Shown one piece after another: positions 11,101 to 23,082 of a stretch of 64,000 nt of DNA. Below the pieces are notes generated by a model. It made no database searches and was not told the origin of the DNA. It was given only the letters and a program-made list of their open reading frames with translations. Source of the DNA: Nemertoderma westbladi (taxonomy: Eukaryota; Animalia; Xenacoelomorpha); contig JAUCBJ010007832.1 in assembly GCA_032718475.1 (NCBI GenBank), forward strand, positions 1-64,000. The letters are read 5' to 3'. Numbering within the stretch: position 1 is the first letter of the stretch; every line of letters starts with the position of its first letter. Made by a program: the position numbers and the translations under genes.

Positions 11101-14100
11101 CGGTACTTACAGTATAGGTACAGCAGTATTATTCGATTTTGATAATTATATACCGGTAGGCCTTAATAATTAATCAGGGACTGCAGCCCTGGTTTTTTAT
11201 TGAGATTTTACTTATTTCTGTCAAGTTTTATTTGTTTGTAGGCCAGTATTGAGCAGAAGGCGTGTAAGCCTGCTCAGATTGTACAGATAATTTGTAGGCT
11301 TGACTGTTGTCTTACTGTGTTAAGTCTGAACGGATTGCAGTGTGTGTAGAGCATCTGTCCGATAAAGTGCTAGTTAGGAAAGTAGGGGCTTCAAGTGCTG
11401 TGAGGTAAACCCCCGTGAAAGAATAAGTCGTAGTACTGGGTTAGAACGCATACTAACTAATCATTTCGGAGTCTGCATATACTGTAGTTTATTTAGGCTT
11501 GATAGTAGTCTGCCAGCGTTTGGTCTGTACTTTGTTTGTGTAGTCTGTACGGGTAGCGTATAATTTTATTTAGATAATTTGTAGGCTGGATAGTTGTCTG
11601 ACTGTTGTTGGGTTTGAGGAAATTTCAGTGTGTGTAGAGCATCTGTCCGATAAAGTGCTAGTTGGGAACGTAGGGGCTTCAAGTGCTGTGAGGTAAACCC
11701 CCTGTGAAAGAATAAGTCGTACTACTAGGTTAGAACGCATACTAACTAACCATTTCGGAGTCTGCACATACCGTAGTTTGTTTAGGCCTGATAGTAGTCT
11801 GTCAGTATTTAGTCGGCATTTGTTTGAGTAATTTGTACGCGTAGCGTAATATTTATTATTCAGAGTGTATGCGATTATTCGCAACATTCATTCCCCAAGT
11901 TTATTCCTACAGTAATTGTGTTTGTTATACATACCGTTATAGTTAAACTAACCCCGGTACTACATCAGGGCTGCTCGGCGTAGGTAAAGACTGGAGATTT
12001 TGTGCTTTGGTCACTCCGGCAGATACCGTGGTTCTTTTAGCTGTTCAAGTATTTTTAACTACTGATTATTTGTTGTACAAGTACTTGTACCTAATTTAGG
12101 GTTTAGTGTACAGTGCTTTCCGAAAGCAATTAGTGTGTAGGCAGTATATTTGTGTTGTAAAGTGGTTAATAGGCACGTTGGTTCTGGTAGACCGCGGTAA
12201 TTAATCTCTAGGTAGGAACACTCCGTGATACATAACGTAGTACCTATAGCGATACGGTTATAGGTTGTCAGGCGGTGGTATTTTCCTATCTGGACAACGC
12301 AGTATATTTACTACTACTTATTATTTTCAAATACCGTAGTAACCTGTCCGTTGTAATAACCAGATATTCTAACCCTTTGTTAGGCTGGTTAGTAGACTTC
12401 TTGTAAAATTACCCCAAAAATTCGTATTTGTGTATTTGTAATTAAATTTTTGTGTTTATTTAGAGATTGTAATCTCAACCCGAATTGTACGTAATTTGTA
12501 GTATTAAGTAACTTAGGTAAATTAGAATTATTTGTTTTAGTGTCTAACAAGTAGCACTCCACTGAGAGCGTACAGGTTATGTGTAGTGACTCCCCCAGAA
12601 ATAATAACATTTATTTCAAATATTGACAAAACCCATTAAACGGGTATATATATATTATAAATCAACTCAAACGATTTATAAATAGTAGGCCTGCCATACA
12701 ACAATTAGGTCTCAATCACAGTTGGACTACTGCTTAAATAACGGTAATAAAGTAAGTTAAAGTAACCAAGTAACCCTTAAAATTCAGAAATTCAATTATT
12801 CTAAAATAATTGGTATACCGGTATTTACAATAGGCTTATTATATTTATTTCTATAAATTTTAGGCTGAAATCATACCGGTATTCTGTAATTAATTCTAGT
12901 CTGTAATTATACTTATATATATACATTATAAGTGTAAGCTGTATACCGGTATTCACGATAGGCCTATTATATATATATAAATTTAGGCTGAAATCATACC
13001 GGTATTCTGTAATTAATTCTAGTTACTAATAATACTTATATATACTATAAGCATACCGGTATTCTAATATTATATATATATCACGCTACACTGAGTAGCA
13101 GTATCGGTAATTAATTACTAGGCTAGCAGTTAATGCTGAATTACTAGACTTGCTTAGACTGTAATATAGCAGTAGGCATTCAACTGTACAATCAAACATG
13201 TCTGACACAAAACAAACATTGTCAGATAGCCTCTTAGAAAGTGCTAGAATGAGTGTTAGACAGGGTCTTAAAAAGATCTGGGACTCAGCTAAGAGTATAG
13301 AGCGTCTGAGACCAAAGTCCAAGTCCCCTCCTACTGTAAGCAAGGTCATCCCTACAGTAGTAATATCAGAACCTAGGCTGGTCCAACATCGTAGGTCTAT
13401 CATAGGCACTCGAGCTCAGGTCAAGCGGGACCAAGAAGCAGCGGAACAGCAACAACCCACGAGCCAAGAATTTATTCCTCAGCGGCCCGACAGCTCCAGT
13501 AGTGAGGATACTGTAGAGCTGACACCCGAGCGCGGAGCAAAGATGACGGATGCGGTTTATTCGGATCCCCTTCTCATCCTTCCTGCAGCCGTACTCACTA
13601 GGATATTGATCGCGGTGGAAGAACACCAGATCGATTGGGCGAGAAGTCAGCGATCAACTAAAGATAGTTATGCGGGATACACATGGGAAGAACTGAAGTC
13701 TATTGTCGAGTCGCAATGGAACTTCCCCGGACCCGGACTCCCGTTTGATTTATCAGAAGCTGCCTGGGAAGATATACACAGGATGGGAGTAACCAAGGAA
13801 ACCGTCGATCCAGCTGTGTGGAAGAGGTCCGCAGCCGGATACGTACAGGGATTCTTCAGCTCCATGGAGCGATTAGAAAAACAACTGTTTCAACAACCCC
13901 AAGGACCTCAAGAGCAGGGACAGCTGCTTTATCAAGTTAGAGAAAGAATTTTACGAATCAGGCTAATCTTATTGGCCTTTGAGGAGGCTTCTAAAAGAAG
14001 ACAAGACACGTCGTTGCAAGTTGCCGTAAAGACTTGGTTTCAACAGGTGAGCCTCCAGGTGCAAGGAACGACTCAGTGGAAAGCCCAACTGGATGAGCGC

Positions 14101-17100
14101 TCAACCCATGGAGAATCAACAGACGCTACTTTTTCCCAAGTGGAAAGTGAAGCGATGGCAGAGAAGCCGCATAAGAGGGATGCCATTGACATCTATCTGT
14201 CGGACTATCAACGTTTTGTAGGAGATGAAGAGTTGAGGAGAAGACTAGAGGGGCTTAGCCCTAATAGTGAAGGAGCCCAGCGTGTGTTGGACGCAATCGA
14301 TGTGGATAGGTTAGCTGCGAACCAAGCTAAATTCAATGAAAGCATCCGCATCGCTAAGGTTCAAGAAGAACAAGTAAAGAAAAAACGTATAGAAGATAGA
14401 AAGACAGCAGCAGCGGCAGGGGCAGCGGCAGAAGCGGAAAGAAAAATAGCAGTGGCAGAAGCAGAACGGAGGGCATCTGAAGAGACAACCCAACTAGAGT
14501 TGGAAAATCTTCAAGAGAAGCAAGACAACTTCAGTAAACAGTTAACAGCTAGTAATATGCAGATGATGAATCGATCTACTCCCAAAAGACAGGGATATAC
14601 ATCATCTGAGGAAGGCGATACCACCGATACTGAAGGCAAAGGAAATAGATCTCGTCTAAGCAGACGTAAAAGAACATCCCACCGTCAGAAATTGCCTGAT
14701 TTGCCTCCAGCTGTTAGAAGGCAACTAAATAACACCAACTTAGGTAGTACAGAACCCACAGACCAAATAATTACAATAGAAAGACTCCCTACTATAGTAG
14801 ATGAGCCTGAAATAATTAGGCCTGTTCTTGAAATCACCCCTTCGGTGATAGAGACACCTGTGCTCCCTGAACCTACCTCTAAATTCCCTCTGCACAGCAC
14901 CAAGCTACCTGTGCCCAGCAGAACAGCCCATGAGACAGTTCATGTCCTGGACTCCGAGCGAAATATTCATGATTTGTCGCCCGTTGTCCCTCGTCCGCCC
15001 GCTACAACGTTGGCGACTCCCGCTTCGGCGGTCGAATGGGTGGATGAGAGACGACGGGGGATGGATCTCCTGCTCGGGCAAATGCAGGAGACCGTTCAGC
15101 AATTCAAGGGCACAGTGAGGGAAAGTAGGTTAGAGTTGCAAGAAGTGCAGCAAAGTATCGCATTAGAACGCGATAAATTAGTAAATACACAAAAGGGTAT
15201 ACCACCACCCTCGGTAACGATGTGTCAACCTGTTAGGTCTGAAGTATCTCATGCGCAAGGTGTGGAGCCTACACGCATCTATACTGCTAGCGAAGTAGAA
15301 ACTCCTATAGTGAACCCTATTAAGGGTGATTATAGACCTGTTGATAATGATATTCCCTATAGACCTGATCATAATCCGAGAAATTTATATACCGATAACT
15401 CGATATTAAATAACACGATGGCCCAAGAAAGTTTTACGCGTCAAATGGCTAGAACCGAAGCCCGGCAAGCGGTAAAGGTGGGAGAGATAGTCAAGTTCAA
15501 TGGAGATGAGATGAAATGGTTACCTTTTAATGAATATTATAAAGATAACATACAGAACTCTGTACTATCTAATGGAGAGAAACTTAGATTCCTCATCGAG
15601 TGCTTGGAAGGATCTCCCAAGTTAATGGCGTTAAAGTTTATTGGACATCCAGACGGATTAAGACAAGTTTGGGATACACTAAACATCAGGTATGGTAATA
15701 GGAATAACATAGCTAGGTATTTGTATGCAAAATTAATGGTGCCCCGAAAGTTTCTTAGCAGTGGGATTATAGAGTTTTCCGATGAGATTCAGGAGATCTG
15801 TAGACAATTAGATTGGCTAGGTAAGTCTCATGAATACCAGAATTCTATGGTTGTAGGAGCCTTAGCATCTACTTTGCCCAAGGGTGGAGTAGGTACACGC
15901 TGGGACAAGAAAGTGTTATATATGATGGAACAACAACGACGAGACCCTACCATGGCTGATCTCATGTCATTCTTAGATGGGGAAGTGAAATTACAGCTCC
16001 TAAGGCAGTCCAGAGAGAAGACACCGGAAAACAAGGTAAGTGAGAAACCAGTTTCTAGGAGAAGGGTAATACCAGTTTGTTATACAGACGACGGCGAAAG
16101 CCAGGCTTCTCAAGAGGAAGACAGCGGAAAAGACACTGAAAGATCTTACTATGACAATAAAATCCTAAAGGACGTAAGTAAATTCAAGTCTCGAACCAAT
16201 GACAGGAGAGAACAGGTAAGAAAAACTCCTCCTACGTCTCCTAAGAGAATTCATGTAAGAAATCCCGAGGAAAGAACGAACGTGCACCACACAGCACATG
16301 TTAAAGTAAGTAACGTCAAGCCCAAATGTGTGCTGTGCGACGGGCCCCACCGTTTAAATGCGTGTGATGAATTCCTGAGGAAATCACTAAAGGATAGACG
16401 TGAAGTCATGTGGGATAAGCGGTTGTGTTATAATTGCCTCAGACGAGGACACCAACGGCGAACCTGTTACTCCGACGCAAGGTGTGCAAAGTGCGGTGCG
16501 AAACATCATATCTTGTTGCACACTGAATTCGAGCGAAATAGTCCGAGTCAGGTGAGTGATTCCGAACTACATGTCCAATTCAGTGATGTGAACGACACTG
16601 ATCAATCTGAGATGGAAGGATTCTATACGGACGAGTTCTCCGACGAAAACGAATCCTGTTACATGATAAATACCGCAGTGTATCGAGCACTCACTTATGA
16701 AAAAGATACAGAAAGTGACCTCACTCTAACTACTTCTGATCGACAACCATCTTGGAAAGCGCCAACTTCCAATGTAGGGATTAGAGAATTTCCTGTGGTA
16801 CGGATAAGGGTCCACGGACCAAAAAGGAGTTATGTAGTGAACGCCCTCCTTGACTCCGGTAGTACAGGAACATTCATCGACAAAGAGCTAGCCGAAGACA
16901 TATTTGCTGGACAACCCAAGTTCCGAACTAAGCTAAACATGTCAGGAATTATGCAGGTTTGGAAATCTACAGTAACAGCGGATTATTATGTAGGTGTGTT
17001 GTCCACCCCCCAGGACGAACTAGGAGAACATAGCATAAGGTCAGTGAAAATGGTGGCAATAAAGAACTTCGCTACCACCCAAGTGGAACCTTATAACTGG

Positions 17101-20100
17101 GATGAGGACGATTTCACCCAGCAGTTTGAAATACCTAGATTCAACACCGATTACCCTGGAGTCCAAATACTCATCGGTCAAAATGCGCATGAAGCGCTCG
17201 AGACATTGGAGAAACGGCCTGCTCAACCGCAACCTCTACAAGTTTATGCGGGAAGAACTTGAGTAGGTTGGTACTTTACTGGCCCTTCTCGTAGAACTCT
17301 TATGGAAAGATTACCAAAAGAACAGGTATATCAATTAAGTGAACGGGAAGTGGAGAGCAGTGAAGTTGATGACCCAACTGAGGGAACACCATACTCCTCA
17401 GGTAATGACGATATCAACTCCAATGTAGATCAATGGAGACATTGCCCCGAGACGATCAATCTAGCCGACATCGCTTCCAGAGGAGCAACTCCTCAAGAAC
17501 TTACAGATACTCCAGACCGGTTAGGTGGACCCGACTTCCTAAGTAAAGAAGATGAATGGCCTCCTCATCTTACCCCGGTGAAGATTAGACAGGCCAAGGG
17601 AGCGGAGAAAGTAACACAACCACTCAATCGCCCAGCTGGTCGTTTATGTTTACCGGAAAGAGACCGAAAACTGTCCGGAAACTATGGAAGGCAAGATACT
17701 CTTCCCACGACCACCTCCCTAATCCAACAAATATCTAGGGACTCCATAACGAACAACATACGGAGTGGGTGTGTGACTATATTATTTTATATTTATTTTT
17801 ATTATTTTATATTATGTATGTATTATTATGTAATTTTATTATAATCGTTTTATTTAATTTTATTTAGTAGAATGTTATTTTAGCGATTATTTAGTAGGTT
17901 GGTGCAATATATATTCGTGTTTATTATTTAATTACTTACATATTATATATTTAGTGCGACGGCGAGAAATAATTCTTTTTCTCTTTCCTTACTGCCCGTA
18001 TTACATTACGAATACGTAACTACAGTAAGATGAAATGTCCGTACTTATTAAAGTACAATAAAGCCACTACTATATTCAAGTATTATTGGTAGGCAGAGTA
18101 TTAGGAATGCAAAGTTCAGATCCTCGTGTCTCGGCTAAACCAAGCTCTGGGTAGACCTTGGAAACGACTTGCCTCTTCACACTGACATTGCTTCGTGCGA
18201 TATTGCTCTCATACCGTATATTAAATAATACATATAGTAGCGTGATGTCCCTTTTAACAGTAGCGTAAAACGCAAAAATAAATCTGTTAAACCCTTTGAC
18301 CATCTGCAATTCTAGTCGATTAAGATATCGCGGCACCCACCGATATACTTGAAAGACAAAATTCTAGAATCAGTGGTTAACATCCCCAGACGAGTTCTGG
18401 AATAAACTGGTGCCCATCCTAAATATTAATTATTAATATTTACAAAATCTGTCAAATATCAGATCCTTTAAAATTCTAGTCGATTAAGATATCGTAGCAC
18501 TTACCGATACTCTTAAAAGGACAAAATTCCTAGAATCAAGGATCCAAGTCCCCAGACACGTTCTGGAATAAAATTGTGTCTATTTAACATTAAATAATAA
18601 AATTTACGGGAATAAATTTAAATTCATATATTTCAATGAATTTAATAAATTGTCATTTTGTACAATTTATAACATTCCCAAAATTCCATTAATTAATAGA
18701 TCATGGGAGCGGAGATTCACTCTATTAAGTGTATCAGTGTGCGAGAACCTCCAATATATAGTCAATAGCCGATAAAATTCATAAAATCATATATAGAGAG
18801 GATATTGACAATTAAAGAATTACTATTAAATAGCATCCCAGATCTGTATGCATGAGAATTACCCTAATTCTACCGCTAGCTTTCCATAATGTCACCATGG
18901 CAACAACCACGCTAGAATTAGAAGTGAGTTAAAAGAACAATAAAGGGCTTGCGCATTGAATAGCATACGGAATAAATAGCACACCGCTAGTATCCAAGGA
19001 TACATAATAACAACGTGACATTCTGGAAGGCACTTGACTAACGGACAAATGACCCGAATGTGTGATAGAATGTGTACCATTTGTGACAGTTACGTGGGAT
19101 TTGTGCGTTTGTAGGTGAATGTTACTACTAAGGTGTGTTTACAGTAGCGAGTCGCAATTGTGAAAGTAGCCCTAACTCTCCAGTAAGAACCTGAAGTATA
19201 TCTAAGCCTTTGGGACAGACGGTGGAGTGACTTGTGCTGGTTGTTGTAGTCGTTGTGCAGCTACGACGTTGGCGATAGGCACATCGACGAAAGTACACCA
19301 GCGCTGAGGATCTCGCACTGTCCGGGGGCAGAGAGGGGTAGGCAGCGACGCCCGCTAGCCTAAATATAAACTCATTATAATATTGATAAACTCATATAGC
19401 AGATATGACTAAGTTGATAGAAGATGATCTTGGTATCAGGGAGCGATATACTCTACCTTTACAAGCGTTTGTTGATAGCTTGATACGCGGCGACGCTGGT
19501 CCAACTACTACGGAGGACGATGGTCGTTATATCTAACCGCCAATGTCCCGGAAGCAACTTGCGCGTGGGTTGGACTGTAGAAAATTCACCGCTCGCTATA
19601 CGCATTGTAATGGTACGTATATGGACTTCTTAACTGCTGGTCATCCTATCGACCTACACAATACGAACGATATAGACACCAAAAGGGAAACGGTTTTATT
19701 TAAATATCATACCCAGCGGAAGCGGAACGATAAACTGAGACTCGAACACGAAAATTCTATTCTAAACCGACTCGAAAGTGCAGATGTTGAAGAGCCGGAT
19801 AAACGCAGCGACTTCACCAAATACCTGGAACTCTTGAGAGAAACCTATCTCGATATTACCAGTCAACAGAATCTAGAAACTCGATATCCTCAAGGTATAC
19901 ATCATGACCGCATGGTAGAACTCAAACGGCTCTATTCCACTATGATGTATCTTACCGCCGATCGACCGCTACCTGTTGTACCGGATAGCTTCGAACAGAT
20001 GGGGGAATATTGTAAGCTGGAGAAAGATCACTCGCGTTTCCCCTACAAGACGTGCGTTTTTGGTATTATTGAGATGAATGTCCAAGACCCAACCAACAAA

Positions 20101-23047
20101 CGGAAAGACATAAACATCCGCGGAGACGTTGCTTTAAACACGGTTTTACTCGCTATATTTACGGGAGTTTCGAGCGAAACTTGTTCGATGTATCACCTGC
20201 GCTCGTTCGACTCAGACGATCCTTAAATAAACCAATGATCAGAGTTTCGGAATGCTCGATTGGAACTCCTCATTCCCTGGTGGGACTTCAGACTCTTGAT
20301 CCTATTGGTGTGACGGATCCTCCCGAGCTGTGCTCGCTGCTCGAAGATCTGGTGTTGCCTGAGCAGTTAGTCGGTGGCACCCCGGTTGTGGGCTTCCTGG
20401 ATATTAGCCCATTCTGCCTGGCCGGATTGGGACGCGGACATTTGATGTCGCCGTTTAGCCCTTGCCATCGTCCCGGCTTAACACGATATAACCTGTCACC
20501 AAAGTGGCGGAGAACGTTGTACCAAACGAGTTAAACGCTATTCTACAAAGATCAGAAAGGAAACCTGCGTTTGTTCAGATAAACGTAAGTTGTAACAGCA
20601 AGAACTTAGACAAGGGTTGTCTAAGTTCGATATCTTCTTAGAGATTCTGGATTTCACAATCGAACTGAGATAAAGACAATTCGTTTATCGCATGGATAAA
20701 CGAATTGTCTTTATCTCAGTTCGATTGTGAAATCCAGAATCTCTAAGAAGATATCGAACTTAGACAACCCCATTCTCTGCGAGAGTTTTTGGATGAACGT
20801 ATCCAGCTACGAGCGGAGGAAAATCAGCTCGAGGAGAAGCATATCGAAACGGCGGATACCCCGACCATAATCCTACACCTTCTGATGCAATCATATTGCA
20901 CCCTTCATCCAGGATTGATAGCCCTCCTAGTAAAGTGGCTCGCTCCAAAGAGAAAAGGACTCTTGCTAGCCTCAAAAAACTGCGTAAACGCCGTCTGCGT
21001 AAGAAAGACTAACTGTTTAGAGTATCTTTATATTTTAGAAACTGTGATTTGTTATATTTTATAGACTTAAATCCCATTTTCTGGGAGCGGTGTAAAAGCT
21101 TTTGCGTAATTAGCCGGTTATTTTCCCCGTAAAGTACTCTGTAGTTGGTTTACCAGGCATAAAAGGGCCGTGTCCTTACTGTACTGGTGTTTTAGAGGAC
21201 ATAAAAGTCATTTCTTCTGTATGTGTACTTTAGAGGACATAATCCGCAATTTCGTGACGCAATAAGCTGGATCCTCTTGAAAACAGTGTCGCTACCATGA
21301 CGACGGCTAACAGCTGATATTGCCACGTCGAACATTTCTTTGTTCTTTGTTCTCTCTTTGTTCGGTCGACCAATCAGAGCGTTTTTTGACTCTGTGTTGG
21401 AGGTTGGATACAGAAACTCAGTAATTCAGTGTATATGTTTTTGCCCAGAGCCTAAGAACACCGGCTTTTGGCACCTCCGTGTTTCAGTCTTTAGCTTAAC
21501 ATTAGTAGGCTTAATTATAGAACGTATATCTGTTATCTAAACATATCATGCATATCTTACTTAACATTACTGCTTTTGCTGTCGGTTATTCATTATATTT
21601 GTTGATGGAAGATTATATTTGGAATACTGATCAATAGTCAGACACCCCAATCTTCTTGATATACTAAAGGTTAGAGAGACCGGTTACATATAAACGATTG
21701 CGACTTATGTTAAGTGGTGTGAAGTGAATCTAATGCTATTTTATAGGCCCTACATGTATTGTCTGTTATTCTCTTTGTATGTGACTAAAATTAGTGAAGG
21801 TCGGCAGATTGGTGTGCAGCATTGTGCAGCATTGTGTATGATTGTGACTGATAACAAAGCATCTCCTAAAGAATGCGCCATATACGTGAATCTATAGCCA
21901 TCTCATTGCGTCTGGTTTAAGTCATAACTCTGTTTACATATTTAGAGCGCCACGTCCTAAAGGAACTGTTAATATTTCCCGAAAGTGAATAATATTTGTC
22001 AGAGATTATATATTGCGATCAGTCGAATAATACAGTAGGCTTACACCATCAATCATTAAGCTTCCGAATTCAGTCTCCCGGGTATATCCAGCGGGTGAAT
22101 GATTGCGCATAGACTGGCTTCGGCTAATGTAGTGTATCAAATACTCGTCATAGGCTAAAGACTATCTATCATCTAAAAGACATCCTAATTTGGCAGGTTA
22201 AACTGTCAAAGGTCTTAAAAGCGCAAACAACAGTGTTCTTGATCCTCGTGGCTTTATTTTCACTGACTCACTAACGTTCGTTCGTGTAACAAAGCCAATC
22301 GGATCATCACACTGTAAAGAGCTACTTTACACACAAGTATGTAATTAGTTATTACAGCACAAGCTAAAGGGTTAAGGACCCGTAAATAACTTTGAGTTGA
22401 GATGCTGTCAATATATCAAGGTGCTGTAAGTTAAGATGCTGTCGGAGGTTTGGTGGTTTGGCGAATTATTGGAAATACTGTAGTGGTTCCCTATTCCCCA
22501 CGCGCGTCCCTCGTGTAATAGTATTTGATGCGTAACATATTGTTGCGTACATACTGCTAGCTTGCTGAATTAGGGAAGTACATGTTATCATAATAAATAT
22601 GGCCATTTTTTTTTGTGTAGTATCTGCAACCATATTAGTAAATGTCATAACGAATATGTAATTATTTGGGCTTCAAATAGTCATTCATTCAGATGATTAA
22701 TTTGGCGTTGTTATGGTAATACTATTTATTATAGTTTCGCTATTAATAATTAATAAATTAAGTTTTCTTGCCAGGGAATTCTTCGTTTTGGTTTGTTTTA
22801 ATTCTGTGGGTACAGCTCAATTATAATGTTAACATACACGTTCGTGGGGCGTCGCGCAGCACGCGAATGGCAAAAAAATCAATGTGATCTGGAGTGAAAA
22901 GTTCGAGAGGTATTTGCCCGTAACTTTAAAATATATTGGAACTTTTTCTCTAGTATGCCCATACAAAATTCGGTTGAAAATTGTTAAAATCTTAAAAAGG
23001 TATTTACGAATGAATTTTTCATTACAGACGGACAGACGGACAGACGG

Positions 23048-23082
<35 letters not shown>

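Larger units (their letters stand above)
9866..22229 (+). mobile_element. LTR element 1: non-autonomous BEL/Pao-derived retrotransposon, antisense within HDC intron 3
   Basis: 1139-bp LTRs (TG...CA) at 9866-11004 and 21091-22229, about 5 mismatches by eye. TSD ACAGT (9861-9865 / 22230-22234). Polypurine tract gggagcgg at 21083-21090. BEL-type Gag-protease ORF. Confidence 0.95.
9782..22393. mobile_element. Small MITE (~245 bp: 9782-9865 plus 22235-22393) split by LTR element 1
   Basis: aaagttatttacgggtccttaaccctttagcttgtgctgtaataactaattac...gtagctctttacagt (9782-9865) is inverted at 22311-22393. A related uninterrupted core lies at ~32200-32350. Confidence 0.8.
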
